This document shows positions 36,379 to 44,288 of a stretch of DNA of 58,403 bases, piece by piece. The notes beneath the pieces were generated by a model, which did no database searches, was not told the DNA's origin, and was given only the letters and a program-made list of their open reading frames with translations. How positions within the stretch are numbered: the first letter of the stretch is position 1; each line of letters starts with the position of its first letter. This DNA comes from a virus (Duplodnaviria; Caudoviricetes), in the IMG/VR virus record IMGVR_UViG_3300007276_000054, positions 1 through 58,403 of that record, one strand, 5' to 3'. A program made the translations under genes and the position numbers.

Positions 36379-36949
36379 AAGACAAATCTTCTAGACGCAT
36401 CCTATAAACTATTGAGTCATCATCAAGCTTCATCTTGTAGTCAGAACCGACGTCAAAACCAACAACGTCTCCAATTTCAACACCCTGCTCGATTAGCTGC
36501 GGGTGAGGCATAACTACAATAGCCGTCTTGTCGTCAACCTCCTCTGTCTTAAGGTTAACGATAATACCAGAATCTGTAACCTCTTCTTCGGTTTCTTTTT
36601 CCGGTGGCTGAACAAAGACCCATCCAGAAAGCATTGACAGCTCACCTTCTGAATCTCTATAAGCAATTGCGTGAGAAGCCCTAGAGTGTTCTTGGTCATA
36701 AACCACAATGTACTTGTTGTCCCCAAGGCTAAGCGAAGGGTTTGTGGTTACGTGATGGTGAAAGAAAAGAGTGTCCCCCTCCTTTACTCCTGTATCTATT
36801 AAGAAGGGAGCGGAAACTACAGAGCCGTGACAAACGCGATGGTCAAACTCGTTGAACCTAGTGTCAAGGTAAAGTTCTTTTTCTCCCAGCTTTATTGTGT
36901 CCTCATGCTTTTCGAGCACCTCAACAACAAAGTGGCGCAATACTTTCAT
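36362..36949 (-). CDS. Tandem (two-domain) GroES-like co-chaperonin
   Basis: Two copies of the GroES pattern: G.VVSAP...VKEGDTLFFHH and TDSGIIV...VEIGDVVGF...VYRMR..D. Confidence 0.7.
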   Translation of the reverse strand: MKVLRHFVVEVLEKHEDTIKLGEKELYLDTRFNEFDHRVCHGSVVSAPFLIDTGVKEGDTLFFHHHVTTNPSLSLGDNKYIVVYDQEHSRASHAIAYRDSEGELSMLSGWVFVQPPEKETEEEVTDSGIIVNLKTEEVDDKTAIVVMPHPQLIEQGVEIGDVVGFDVGSDYKMKLDDDSIVYRMRLEDLSYVVKE

Positions 36950-37182
36950 TAAAACTTACAGTCATATTCAATTAATAGCGGTTGATTCTCAACCGTTTTC
37001 CAAATGTACGTAGATTCTTCGTCCTCTAGGTATACGTGATACCGACGCACATTGTATTTGAATAAAGCTGCATCGTCTTCTACGATTGCTGATACCTTTG
37101 CGCTTCCTGCTTTCATGCCTACATAGTAGGCCATTGCGTCCTTGGGGTTTGGCCCAATGACAATCTTTCTAATTAGATTCAT
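36949..37182 (-). CDS. Conserved hypothetical phage protein
   Basis: IRKI.IGP..KDAM.Y.VG...WK...P..IEYD motif; coupled to the GroES gene. Confidence 0.65.
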   Translation of the reverse strand: MNLIRKIVIGPNPKDAMAYYVGMKAGSAKVSAIVEDDAALFKYNVRRYHVYLEDEESTYIWKTVENQPLLIEYDCKF

Positions 37183-37186
37183 AAGT

Positions 37187-37465
37187 TTAGTTTAGTGAGA
37201 GTCCACTAAACCAATCCTCAGCCTCACCCTCTTGATTGTAGGCTTCAACTTGGAGTGTCATGAACTCTGCAAATTCGTCGTCGTCTGTGGCATTCCACCC
37301 ATAGGCTAAGTTCCACTTTCGAGCATCGTCTGTTTCTTCTTCTACAAAGCCAACAGCCATAGTGTATACTACCGTGTCAGAACCATACTTAGACACTACA
37401 TTTTCAAGCTCCTCGAAAACAGATTGAACTTCTTTTCGGAATGATTTTCTTAAAATATCGTCCAT
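37187..37465 (-). CDS. Hypothetical acidic protein
   Basis: 92-aa ORF in the operon. Confidence 0.6.
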   Translation of the reverse strand: MDDILRKSFRKEVQSVFEELENVVSKYGSDTVVYTMAVGFVEEETDDARKWNLAYGWNATDDDEFAEFMTLQVEAYNQEGEAEDWFSGLSLN

Positions 37466-37467
37466 GA

Positions 37468-38301
37468 TTATGGTTCTATGATTGTATTTGTGCCGCTAGG
37501 TGCAGCTGAAGTTGTCGTTAAGTCAGCCGTAAGCATCCAAAGCGAGCTACTAATTCCAAATAAGTGGAATCGGTCACCAACGCCTCCTCCAGTGCCAGCG
37601 GCGTTGCTATCCAGTGAGAAGGACGTCGCTGTGTTAGCCTCAGCAATTTGGGTGTCCGTCTTATCAGCGGTGGTTGAGTTCAACGTTACCCTTCCCTTGA
37701 TTTTGGTAGAGCTAACCTTTGTGGTGAAGGTAATTGCGGTTGCTTTGGAAGACGTTAAGACAACTGTTATCTGAGCTCCGGCAACACAATCGGGTAGTAC
37801 AATGCTAGATGATGCAACCGCTGCGTCCAAAGTGTACGTTGCATTTGAAGCCGTCATCGCCGTTGCACCATTACCTAGATTAATTACGTTTGCTGAACCA
37901 GAGGAGATTGTTATTGTATCGCTATTCCGACTTAATCCAATCCCGTTACCCGCAGCGAACGTAACAGTCTTTGTTGTTCCAGCCGCGTCTGCAATAGTTA
38001 AGGTGGGCGCTGCGGTACCCCCTACCGTTGTGGTTACACTTTCGAAAGTAGGTAGTGTTCTATGCTCAACGACTTTTGAAGTTGAATTCCAAACAAGCAC
38101 CTTATCGTTATCGCTCCCGGCGGGTACCGTATTGAGCTGAAGAGTCTCTGCTTTAAGTGTGCTGGTAGACAATGACAAGGCAGAATTATTACCTTCGCCA
38201 TCTTGAATGACCTTAAGCGTGCCAGTAAGAACCGCTGCGTCATTGGTCTTAAGAAGACCTTGATAGGTGTTTTTGATTCGAGTTCCGCTGAGAGTAGCCA
38301 T
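37468..38301 (-). CDS. Putative structural/fibre-like protein
   Basis: MATL.G..IK.TY..LLK...DG.GN.SAL N-terminus; Thr/Ser/Gly/Ala-rich beta sequence; own TATATTTG promoter. Confidence 0.6.
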   Translation of the reverse strand: MATLSGTRIKNTYQGLLKTNDAAVLTGTLKVIQDGEGNNSALSLSTSTLKAETLQLNTVPAGSDNDKVLVWNSTSKVVEHRTLPTFESVTTTVGGTAAPTLTIADAAGTTKTVTFAAGNGIGLSRNSDTITISSGSANVINLGNGATAMTASNATYTLDAAVASSSIVLPDCVAGAQITVVLTSSKATAITFTTKVSSTKIKGRVTLNSTTADKTDTQIAEANTATSFSLDSNAAGTGGGVGDRFHLFGISSSLWMLTADLTTTSAAPSGTNTIIEP

Positions 38302-38306
38302 AGAAT

Positions 38307-38325
38307 TAACTTTGGTACAAATATA
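38307..38325. promoter_or_regulatory. Face-to-face pair of Bacteroidota -7 promoters
   Basis: TAACTTTG (+, 38307-38314) and TATATTTG (-, 38318-38325) in a 28-bp gap between divergent genes. Confidence 0.65.
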
Positions 38326-38329
38326 CTAG

Positions 38330-38755
38330 ATGAGCAGACACCACAACGGTAGACGTAGGAGAGACTTTAGTAAACTGAACAAACGGTATGTAGCCAAAAA
38401 CTACATGAAAAAGTGGGGGCTTGTAGTTAGAGACATTAAAAAGAACTACGAGATACAACAGACAGAACTAGAGTTCATGATGTATGTGTATGACTTTGAG
38501 TTCTTTACCGTTTCTCACATAGCCAAAGTTATGAGCAGGAGCAGACACAAGTTATATGAAAGAACAATCCTACCTATGAAGAAACAAGGGTGGATTGAAA
38601 ATATCTATCACGGAAAAGAGGTAGACCAATATGTAAATGCGCTATTCCAAGAAAGGCAAAACCACGAACACCGACTAGGGCTTTCCCAGAAAGGGAGGAT
38701 GATGGTGCAGAGGGTATATCGAAAACTAGAAGGAGACGAACCCATTAAAATTTAG
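38330..38755 (+). CDS. Winged-helix (MarR-like) DNA-binding protein
   Basis: ELEFMMYVYD...SHIAK...MKKQGWI...LSQKGRMMV pattern; one of only two plus-strand genes in the late arm. Confidence 0.6.
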   Translation: MSRHHNGRRRRDFSKLNKRYVAKNYMKKWGLVVRDIKKNYEIQQTELEFMMYVYDFEFFTVSHIAKVMSRSRHKLYERTILPMKKQGWIENIYHGKEVDQYVNALFQERQNHEHRLGLSQKGRMMVQRVYRKLEGDEPIKI

Positions 38756-39593
38756 AAGTCATCGCTCCTTTGTATGTGTCCCTAAGTTCGTGGGGATACA
38801 ACCTTTTAAGCATGTACTCTTGATTTACATTACCGCCGGCAACATCATAGTATGTTCTTCCCTGAGAATCAGTGCCGGTAGCTATGATGACATCCGTATG
38901 GCTGTTGTACTTCTCTCCTTTACTTCCTGATTTCTTGAACTGATTAAACTTCCAGTCTGCGGTGTTCTTGAAGTCGCGCTTATCTCCATGCGCATCATCG
39001 TAACCCCTGAACAGCATGTCGCCAACTCTAAGCTGACTTGCTTGCTTTCCAATTAGTCTAGTCGCTTTGTAAGCGTCGTACTCATACGTCTCCTCGCCCT
39101 TCAATGCTTTAGTCTTGAACGCATCATTCATATAAAGTCTGTGTGCTGCGTATGGGCGAAACCCCATCTCTTTAGCTTCTTCATTTGAACTTGCCCCTAG
39201 AAACCCTCTTACATGGGCTGAGGTCGTGGCTGCGCTCCAAGCTGTTCCCGTAGCAGTGGCTTTAGAATCTCCTCGGTACACATCCGTCAGGAGAACCTCC
39301 TCGATAAACGCACCCGAACGAGGGTCTGATTCTTCAAGGAACTTCATACTGGTTACACCCGGTCGTGAGTCTTCATCAATAACGAAATTGTTTTGGATGT
39401 TTGCAGCTGTCATTGCAAGACGCATCTCTGCTTCCTCTCTATCGTTAATTCCCGGTGCTTCGCCGACATACTCTGCTTTACCCCTCCGCTCGTTACGCCT
39501 TCTCTTTTTTTTTCTTCCTCCGAATAGGCTACGAATTCCCGGCTTCCTAGATGAATCCCAGCGGTAGTCTTCGTCTTTTTTAGATACTTCCAT
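38745..39593 (-). CDS. DUF2272-like (CHAP/NlpC-related) putative peptidoglycan hydrolase
   Basis: AWSAA...AAH..Y...LRVGDMLF...SHTDVI...GGNV motif order; start uncertain (39593 or 39632). Confidence 0.6.
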   Translation of the reverse strand: MEVSKKDEDYRWDSSRKPGIRSLFGGRKKKRRRNERRGKAEYVGEAPGINDREEAEMRLAMTAANIQNNFVIDEDSRPGVTSMKFLEESDPRSGAFIEEVLLTDVYRGDSKATATGTAWSAATTSAHVRGFLGASSNEEAKEMGFRPYAAHRLYMNDAFKTKALKGEETYEYDAYKATRLIGKQASQLRVGDMLFRGYDDAHGDKRDFKNTADWKFNQFKKSGSKGEKYNSHTDVIIATGTDSQGRTYYDVAGGNVNQEYMLKRLYPHELRDTYKGAMTSKF

Positions 39594-39611
39594 GACAGTT
39601 TTCGATTGCTG

Positions 39612-39638
39612 CACAATATACGGAATCTTCAAACGTTA
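39612..39638 (+). promoter_or_regulatory. Repeated CAATAW-N14/15-CGTT motif, copy 1
   Basis: CACAATAT-acggaatcttcaaa-CGTTA upstream of the gene at 39671. Confidence 0.6.
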
Positions 39639-39670
39639 AGGATGTAGACAAACCTTCAAACACATTTACA

Positions 39671-40102
39671 ATGAAGAATATCATCATCATCCTAACAGCC
39701 CTTCCGGGCTTCCTCTTTGCTCAAAGCGAAATCGACATTAATATTATTGTAGCCCCACAGGGGAACCTGTTTGCCTCTACGGAAAACGACGACGCGGTAT
39801 GGTCGCACTTCTTAGAGCCGTTATACTACAGCATCGATAACCCTGCCTTCGTGCCCTTTGAGTATGGTTCAACAGTACTAGATTTCACAACAGGTCAAAA
39901 AGGAACTCATCACTTGCTCCTCACAGCTGGCAGCGATACAATCGCATACGTCATACTACACATTGACCACACAGTACTGTCAGTCCATAACTACCATGAA
40001 ATTCTAGTGAACCAAACCGAAGACTCAAACGCTACGTTTGCGCCTACACGCAACAATAAAGTGAGTAGCATCTTTGGACTTGAACCCGGACTGCAAGATT
40101 AA
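39671..40102 (+). CDS. Exported protein with Sec signal peptide
   Basis: MKNIIIILTALPGFLFA|Q: basic-hydrophobic-Ala then Gln at +1, typical of Bacteroidota signal peptides. Confidence 0.6.
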   Translation: MKNIIIILTALPGFLFAQSEIDINIIVAPQGNLFASTENDDAVWSHFLEPLYYSIDNPAFVPFEYGSTVLDFTTGQKGTHHLLLTAGSDTIAYVILHIDHTVLSVHNYHEILVNQTEDSNATFAPTRNNKVSSIFGLEPGLQD

Positions 40103-41400
40103 AAGTTTACCTTGAGGTCTTTTCGGGTGAACAGCTTACCGAATCCAGTGGGGTACTTTACAGTGCCCTTGTTCCCGAAACTCTCGGTGCGGTTGAACAA
40201 GCCTCTACTGACAGAAGTGACTCCGCGTTCACGCTCCTCTTTCGTGGGGTCAACCTTAACTCCTTTGTCAGCACGCTTGTAAATCACTCCTCCGCCATAC
40301 AGCTGACCCTTTTGTCTGGCGATTTGCTCAGCGGCTCTTCTACGTCTTTCATTAGCGAAGTCGGCGGCTGATTTTGTGGAGCTTTGGGATGTTGGAGAGA
40401 CGGCTCCTCTACGTCTTTCATTAGCTTGCTCTCTGCTCAAAGCATCCTTTGCTTCAAAAGAATCTTTAGCTCGGTCCATAAAGTACTCGTTGTCTGCTCC
40501 CTCATAACCCCTACCTCTTTCTTGAGAGCCAAACTCATCCATGAACTTTGTTACAAAATTAATCGATGCTTCGTTTTCCTCGGACAAGTCCACGCCAGCT
40601 TCTTCTGCGCGAGAAGCAAGAGCAGAGATGTCTCCCGGGGATACCATCCTATCTCCTACACCGTTGAGCACCTTAGGGAAACTAGCTCCACGGAACCCCG
40701 ACTGAGAAACTTCCGGGTTCGGGTCATAGAACCTTGCGGTTGGAACATCCATTTTATCAAAGCTGAGAGCTCCGTGAAAATCCCCAATCTTCTTGTCGGT
40801 CATATAAGAACTCATGAGATTCAGTTTCTCTTCGTCGCTCTTACCATCCAGTGCCCTAGCAAAGTTGCTATTGCCAGAAGCAATCATATTGTCAGCAGCG
40901 GCCAGAGCCTTCTCAGGATTTTCGCTAATAAATCTGTTAATCTTCGTTGCGTATTGTTGGTACTGGGAATCAAGAGAACCACTACCACTTAGGTATTTTT
41001 TTCCGAATGCAGTCTTCTTCAATCGCTCCTGCTCGTCTGGGGACATAGCATCGAGACCCCCGTCCGGGACGTTAAAGTTGTAGGCATCAATCTTCCCCTC
41101 ACCTTGGGCGGACTGCATGCCATCGTTGCTGGTGTATTCAACGCTAGCTACTTCTTTACTTCTAACGTAAGGGCTCTTCTTGCTCTTCTTTGGGTCGCCT
41201 TCTGGAACATCGTTCCCCTCATCTGCATATGCCATCTTTCCACCGAAGCGCATATACTTGTATGGCTTTTCCTCAATCTCGCCACCCATAGCATATCTCC
41301 TTACCTCTGCTCCAGAAAGAGCACGCCTTAAATCGTTGCTTCCTTTTCCATCGTTAGCAAAGAATGGAACCATCTTGCCGTTTACTTTGACCATCTTCAT
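40099..41400 (-). CDS. Hypothetical (probable virion) protein with repeated xxGG/AxxG motifs
   Basis: Start revised to MKMVK, 5 nt after TATATTTG; 433 aa. Confidence 0.65.
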   Translation of the reverse strand: MKMVKVNGKMVPFFANDGKGSNDLRRALSGAEVRRYAMGGEIEEKPYKYMRFGGKMAYADEGNDVPEGDPKKSKKSPYVRSKEVASVEYTSNDGMQSAQGEGKIDAYNFNVPDGGLDAMSPDEQERLKKTAFGKKYLSGSGSLDSQYQQYATKINRFISENPEKALAAADNMIASGNSNFARALDGKSDEEKLNLMSSYMTDKKIGDFHGALSFDKMDVPTARFYDPNPEVSQSGFRGASFPKVLNGVGDRMVSPGDISALASRAEEAGVDLSEENEASINFVTKFMDEFGSQERGRGYEGADNEYFMDRAKDSFEAKDALSREQANERRRGAVSPTSQSSTKSAADFANERRRRAAEQIARQKGQLYGGGVIYKRADKGVKVDPTKEERERGVTSVSRGLFNRTESFGNKGTVKYPTGFGKLFTRKDLKVNF

Positions 41401-41419
41401 GGTCACAAATATAATGTTA

Positions 41420-41839
41420 TTAGCGCAGGTCTGTGTCGTGCTTCTTAGAGCCCTTGATGTAGCTATTGACCCTACCCATAGCCCAAGCAGCCATCGGAGC
41501 GCCGCGTCTAGAGCCTGACGAAAGCCAAGCACCCTGACCACGTCGGTACACCTTTGCTAGGGTTCCGTAAGAAATTCCGGAACTCTTGGCTTTCTTCTGG
41601 AGAGTGGCCTTGGTTGAGGCGTTTATTGGCTTGGCCTTAACCTTCGCTCCTTTCTTTGCCTCGGTTCTTTTCTTAAACTTAAGGAAGGAAATCTTCTTTC
41701 CCTTCCTGTACTCGTCTGCCATATCCTTCTTGTTGGCAGCATCCTCCTCTACAGTCGCTTTGATTTCCTTGCCTTGTCCGGGGTCGGTGTATCTAGTAGG
41801 GAGTCCGAGTTTGTATTCCTGTTTTCTCTTACTTGCCAT
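41420..41839 (-). CDS. DUF5824-like small basic protein
   Basis: KKAKSSGISYGTL.KVYRRG.GAW..SGSR.G....WA..RVNS motif. Confidence 0.65.
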   Translation of the reverse strand: MASKRKQEYKLGLPTRYTDPGQGKEIKATVEEDAANKKDMADEYRKGKKISFLKFKKRTEAKKGAKVKAKPINASTKATLQKKAKSSGISYGTLAKVYRRGQGAWLSSGSRRGAPMAAWAMGRVNSYIKGSKKHDTDLR

Positions 41840-42017
41840 GGCTGGCGATTTTAAACGAAGCCTCCTTTACGGCACCGGGGTGTGGCTGGTAATCTCCCTT
41901 CATGAGGTAGTATCTACCCTGCTCCTCCATCCAGTGATACCCGGACGGTGGTGGGACAGATACCTTCTTGGAGGATACGCTGAGCTTTGGGCGTTCTGAT
42001 TTACGAGCCGTCTCCAT
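41829..42017 (-). CDS. Conserved small phage protein
   Basis: PPSGYHWM...LMKGDY.PH.GA...A.F motif. Confidence 0.6.
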   Translation of the reverse strand: METARKSERPKLSVSSKKVSVPPPSGYHWMEEQGRYYLMKGDYQPHPGAVKEASFKIASHGK

Positions 42018-42243
42018 CTTTCTGGCGTTTACGCTCTTTGGAAATCATCTTATTCATTGCGTCTTCACGCATTCCTGAAAGAAGATACACCATAGAGTAA
42101 TTCTTTAGTGTTGAGTCGGGTATGGATACCTCTGGAAATTCCTTTGCAAACCTAGCCTTAGTCTCTTTGAGAACAGACTCTTTTGTTACTGGCTCTTTAG
42201 GGTCACCTGCAACGGCACCTGATTTTGCTTTCTTGTACTTCAC
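42001..42243 (-). CDS. Small basic hypothetical protein
   Basis: Probable GTG start 4 nt after TATATTTG (MKYKKAKSGAVAGDPKE...). Confidence 0.55.
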   Translation of the reverse strand: MKYKKAKSGAVAGDPKEPVTKESVLKETKARFAKEFPEVSIPDSTLKNYSMVYLLSGMREDAMNKMISKERKRQKDGDGS

Positions 42244-42257
42244 ACAGCAAATATAAC

Positions 42258-42524
42258 TCACTTAGATAGACCCCAGTTGTGATTGCTGTAGCCAACATGA
42301 ACCTTATAGTCTATAGACTTAATAGTGAGCCGGAGGTTTTCCCGCTGCTTTTTTATGCGGGCAGGAGTCTTAAATGCGTAAGATATTAATCTGTCCCTAT
42401 GAATGTCAGATGACCATATCAAGTCCTTGTCGTTCCCGGCTAGGACGACACCCTTGACGGGGTACTCCTTCTTAGATTTAGCATCGTATAGAACAACGTC
42501 ACAAAGGTGGATTGGGTCTTTCAT
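42258..42524 (-). CDS. Hypothetical protein
   Basis: 88 aa; ATG lies 6 nt after the CGTTAT of the repeated motif. Confidence 0.6.
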   Translation of the reverse strand: MKDPIHLCDVVLYDAKSKKEYPVKGVVLAGNDKDLIWSSDIHRDRLISYAFKTPARIKKQRENLRLTIKSIDYKVHVGYSNHNWGLSK

Positions 42525-42530
42525 AGACCT

Positions 42531-42557
42531 ATAACGCTACCGACCTAAGATTTATTG
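42531..42557 (-). promoter_or_regulatory. Repeated CAATAW-N14/15-CGTT motif, copy 2
   Basis: Minus strand: CAATAA-atcttaggtcggtag-CGTTAT-aggtct-ATG. Confidence 0.55.
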
Positions 42558-42758
42558 CAGCTGGTTTTTAGCCAACAGAACTTTGACTTCTTGGACCTCT
42601 TTTAGCAACTGCTTTACGTCGTCCTTCATCTCAGAATTGTCTGTCTCCAAGGCAGTTACTCTCCCTTTCAATGAGCTGTAGTCTGATTGATGCTTAATCC
42701 AAATACCAATTAACGAGCCCGCTATGAGCAGTAGCTCAAATTGTGTCATTGCGTCCAT
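42552..42758 (-). CDS. Small membrane protein (one TM + coiled coil), holin/XhlA-like
   Basis: LLLIAGSLIGIW followed by heptads LKGRVTALE...VKQLL..VQEVK.LL. Confidence 0.55.
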   Translation of the reverse strand: MDAMTQFELLLIAGSLIGIWIKHQSDYSSLKGRVTALETDNSEMKDDVKQLLKEVQEVKVLLAKNQLQ

Positions 42759-42788
42759 GCTCACAAAAGTAATAACTGAAAGGCTTGT

Positions 42789-43997
42789 TTATTTCAATAC
42801 AATGACGTGACCTGATGCATTGACAATGTGTGAAGAAGCTACTTTTGAAGCCTTAAGAGAGTACACGTAACTGCCATCAGAAACGCCCGAAAGCGCCCAC
42901 TGCTCTCCCGGGTCATTGCTGTACCAAACAATCTGACCCCATCTATTATAAACGTTAAGCTCCCAAGTCCTCCAGCACTCAGGGTCTGTAACGGCATAGA
43001 ATGTATCATTAATACCGTCTCCATTAGGCGTAACGGCATTGGGAATAAATACGTCAACCTCGTCACACACCATACCTACTATGTCTTCACACAGGAGTCC
43101 AGAGTCGCAATCAATGTATTCTGTTACAACAGAGTATTCTGTTACCATTACCGTGTCAGTTAGGTATATGTACTCCGTAAGGACGACGTCTACATATGTG
43201 GTGTCGTAAACGGTTGTCTCCGTGAAGACCGTGTCCGTTAAGTATATGTAGTTGTCTATGTAGGTGGTGTCATACATGTACACCTCGATGTAATTGTCTA
43301 CTATCAGGGTGTCTATGATAGTTAGCGTTAAAGTGTCGGGCGGCATCTCCACGTACACTGTGTCGGTCTGATACACATAGACCGTATCCACCAACGTGGG
43401 GTCTGGGCAGAATGTCAATCTGTTATCACTCAGGTTGATGTCGGGGTAGGTTTGAGTTTGATTGAAGCTAGTTCCGGAGCTCCACCCTTCGGGGAATGGA
43501 AAGTCCTCGTAGTCCGCCGTTTGAGATACGTTTATCTGCCATATTACAACCTCCCAGCAGTAGCCCTCTAGCTCTGTATCTATGATGCAGTCCCAACTAA
43601 ACGGTGGATTGAGAACGAAATTAGTGAATCCGTTTGTCCATCCCGTATTGTTTGAGGACATAACATAAGACCATCCCGGATGAAACGTATTGGACGTGCA
43701 GTCCGTGTTCTCTCCATAGTCCTCTCCAGTTACCTCGTCCACGTAGTGGAGGCCAAACACAATATGAGTTACCGTCTCGTTGTTTGAGACATTGAAGCCG
43801 CCGCTTTCTTCGCACGTGTTACCATCGAATTGGGTGAACTCATTGCAGCCACAGTTCTCAGTGTTGAGCCATTGGACTTGAAAGGAGTGTAGTCCGTTAG
43901 AAACGGCGGCGCCAGTGTACCCTAGTAGTGCTATGTCGCAGGTCTGAGAGTAGGATACAAAGGGGGCTAAGAGAAGCAGAAGAAGGGAAGGTTTCAT
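42789..43997 (-). CDS. Secreted protein with signal peptide and T9SS type-B (gliding-motility-associated, CHU_C/TIGR04131-type) C-terminal domain
   Basis: MKPSLLLLLLAPFVSYS|Q; C-terminus VFIPNAVTPNGDGINDTF...LNVYNRWGQIVW...W...DGSYVYSL...GHVIVLK; DT[VLT] repeat stalk. Confidence 0.85.
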   Translation of the reverse strand: MKPSLLLLLLAPFVSYSQTCDIALLGYTGAAVSNGLHSFQVQWLNTENCGCNEFTQFDGNTCEESGGFNVSNNETVTHIVFGLHYVDEVTGEDYGENTDCTSNTFHPGWSYVMSSNNTGWTNGFTNFVLNPPFSWDCIIDTELEGYCWEVVIWQINVSQTADYEDFPFPEGWSSGTSFNQTQTYPDINLSDNRLTFCPDPTLVDTVYVYQTDTVYVEMPPDTLTLTIIDTLIVDNYIEVYMYDTTYIDNYIYLTDTVFTETTVYDTTYVDVVLTEYIYLTDTVMVTEYSVVTEYIDCDSGLLCEDIVGMVCDEVDVFIPNAVTPNGDGINDTFYAVTDPECWRTWELNVYNRWGQIVWYSNDPGEQWALSGVSDGSYVYSLKASKVASSHIVNASGHVIVLK

Positions 43998-44160
43998 GCC
44001 CCAAATCTAGCAACTTTTTGGGCACAGCTTTCCCTCATTCACTCTCTAGTTATTGTGACGTTAGGGGCTCACGATTACCCCATGTGTCTAAGCCCCGTAG
44101 GTGTCAAGCTGGTCCGCCCAAGCGGGCCAAGTGCGATACCGTTTTCGTGCCAAGGCAAAG

Positions 44161-44191
44161 CAAAGGTACACGAAAAAAACTACAAAGTCAA
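44161..44191 (-). promoter_or_regulatory. Full-consensus Bacteroidota promoter
   Basis: Minus strand TTG-N20-TACCTTTG; no ORF directly downstream. Confidence 0.6.
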
Positions 44192-44198
44192 GTACTTA

Positions 44199-44288
44199 TT
44201 ACGCTTCTTTAATGGCTGAGCGAATTGCTCGTATCACCATCAAGAACCAGATTGTTATAACAGAGTATGCTACGTATGAAGAGACCAT
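44199..44288 (-). CDS. 29-aa hydrophobic peptide
   Basis: MVSSYVAYSVITIWFLMVIRAIRSAIKEA; TACTTTTG at 44315-44322 upstream. Confidence 0.4.
   Translation of the reverse strand: MVSSYVAYSVITIWFLMVIRAIRSAIKEA

Noticed and set aside
44049-44058. Additional CACAATAA (minus strand) and CACAATTA (~52263) as motif copies
   Set aside because: No CGTT at the 14-15 nt spacing.
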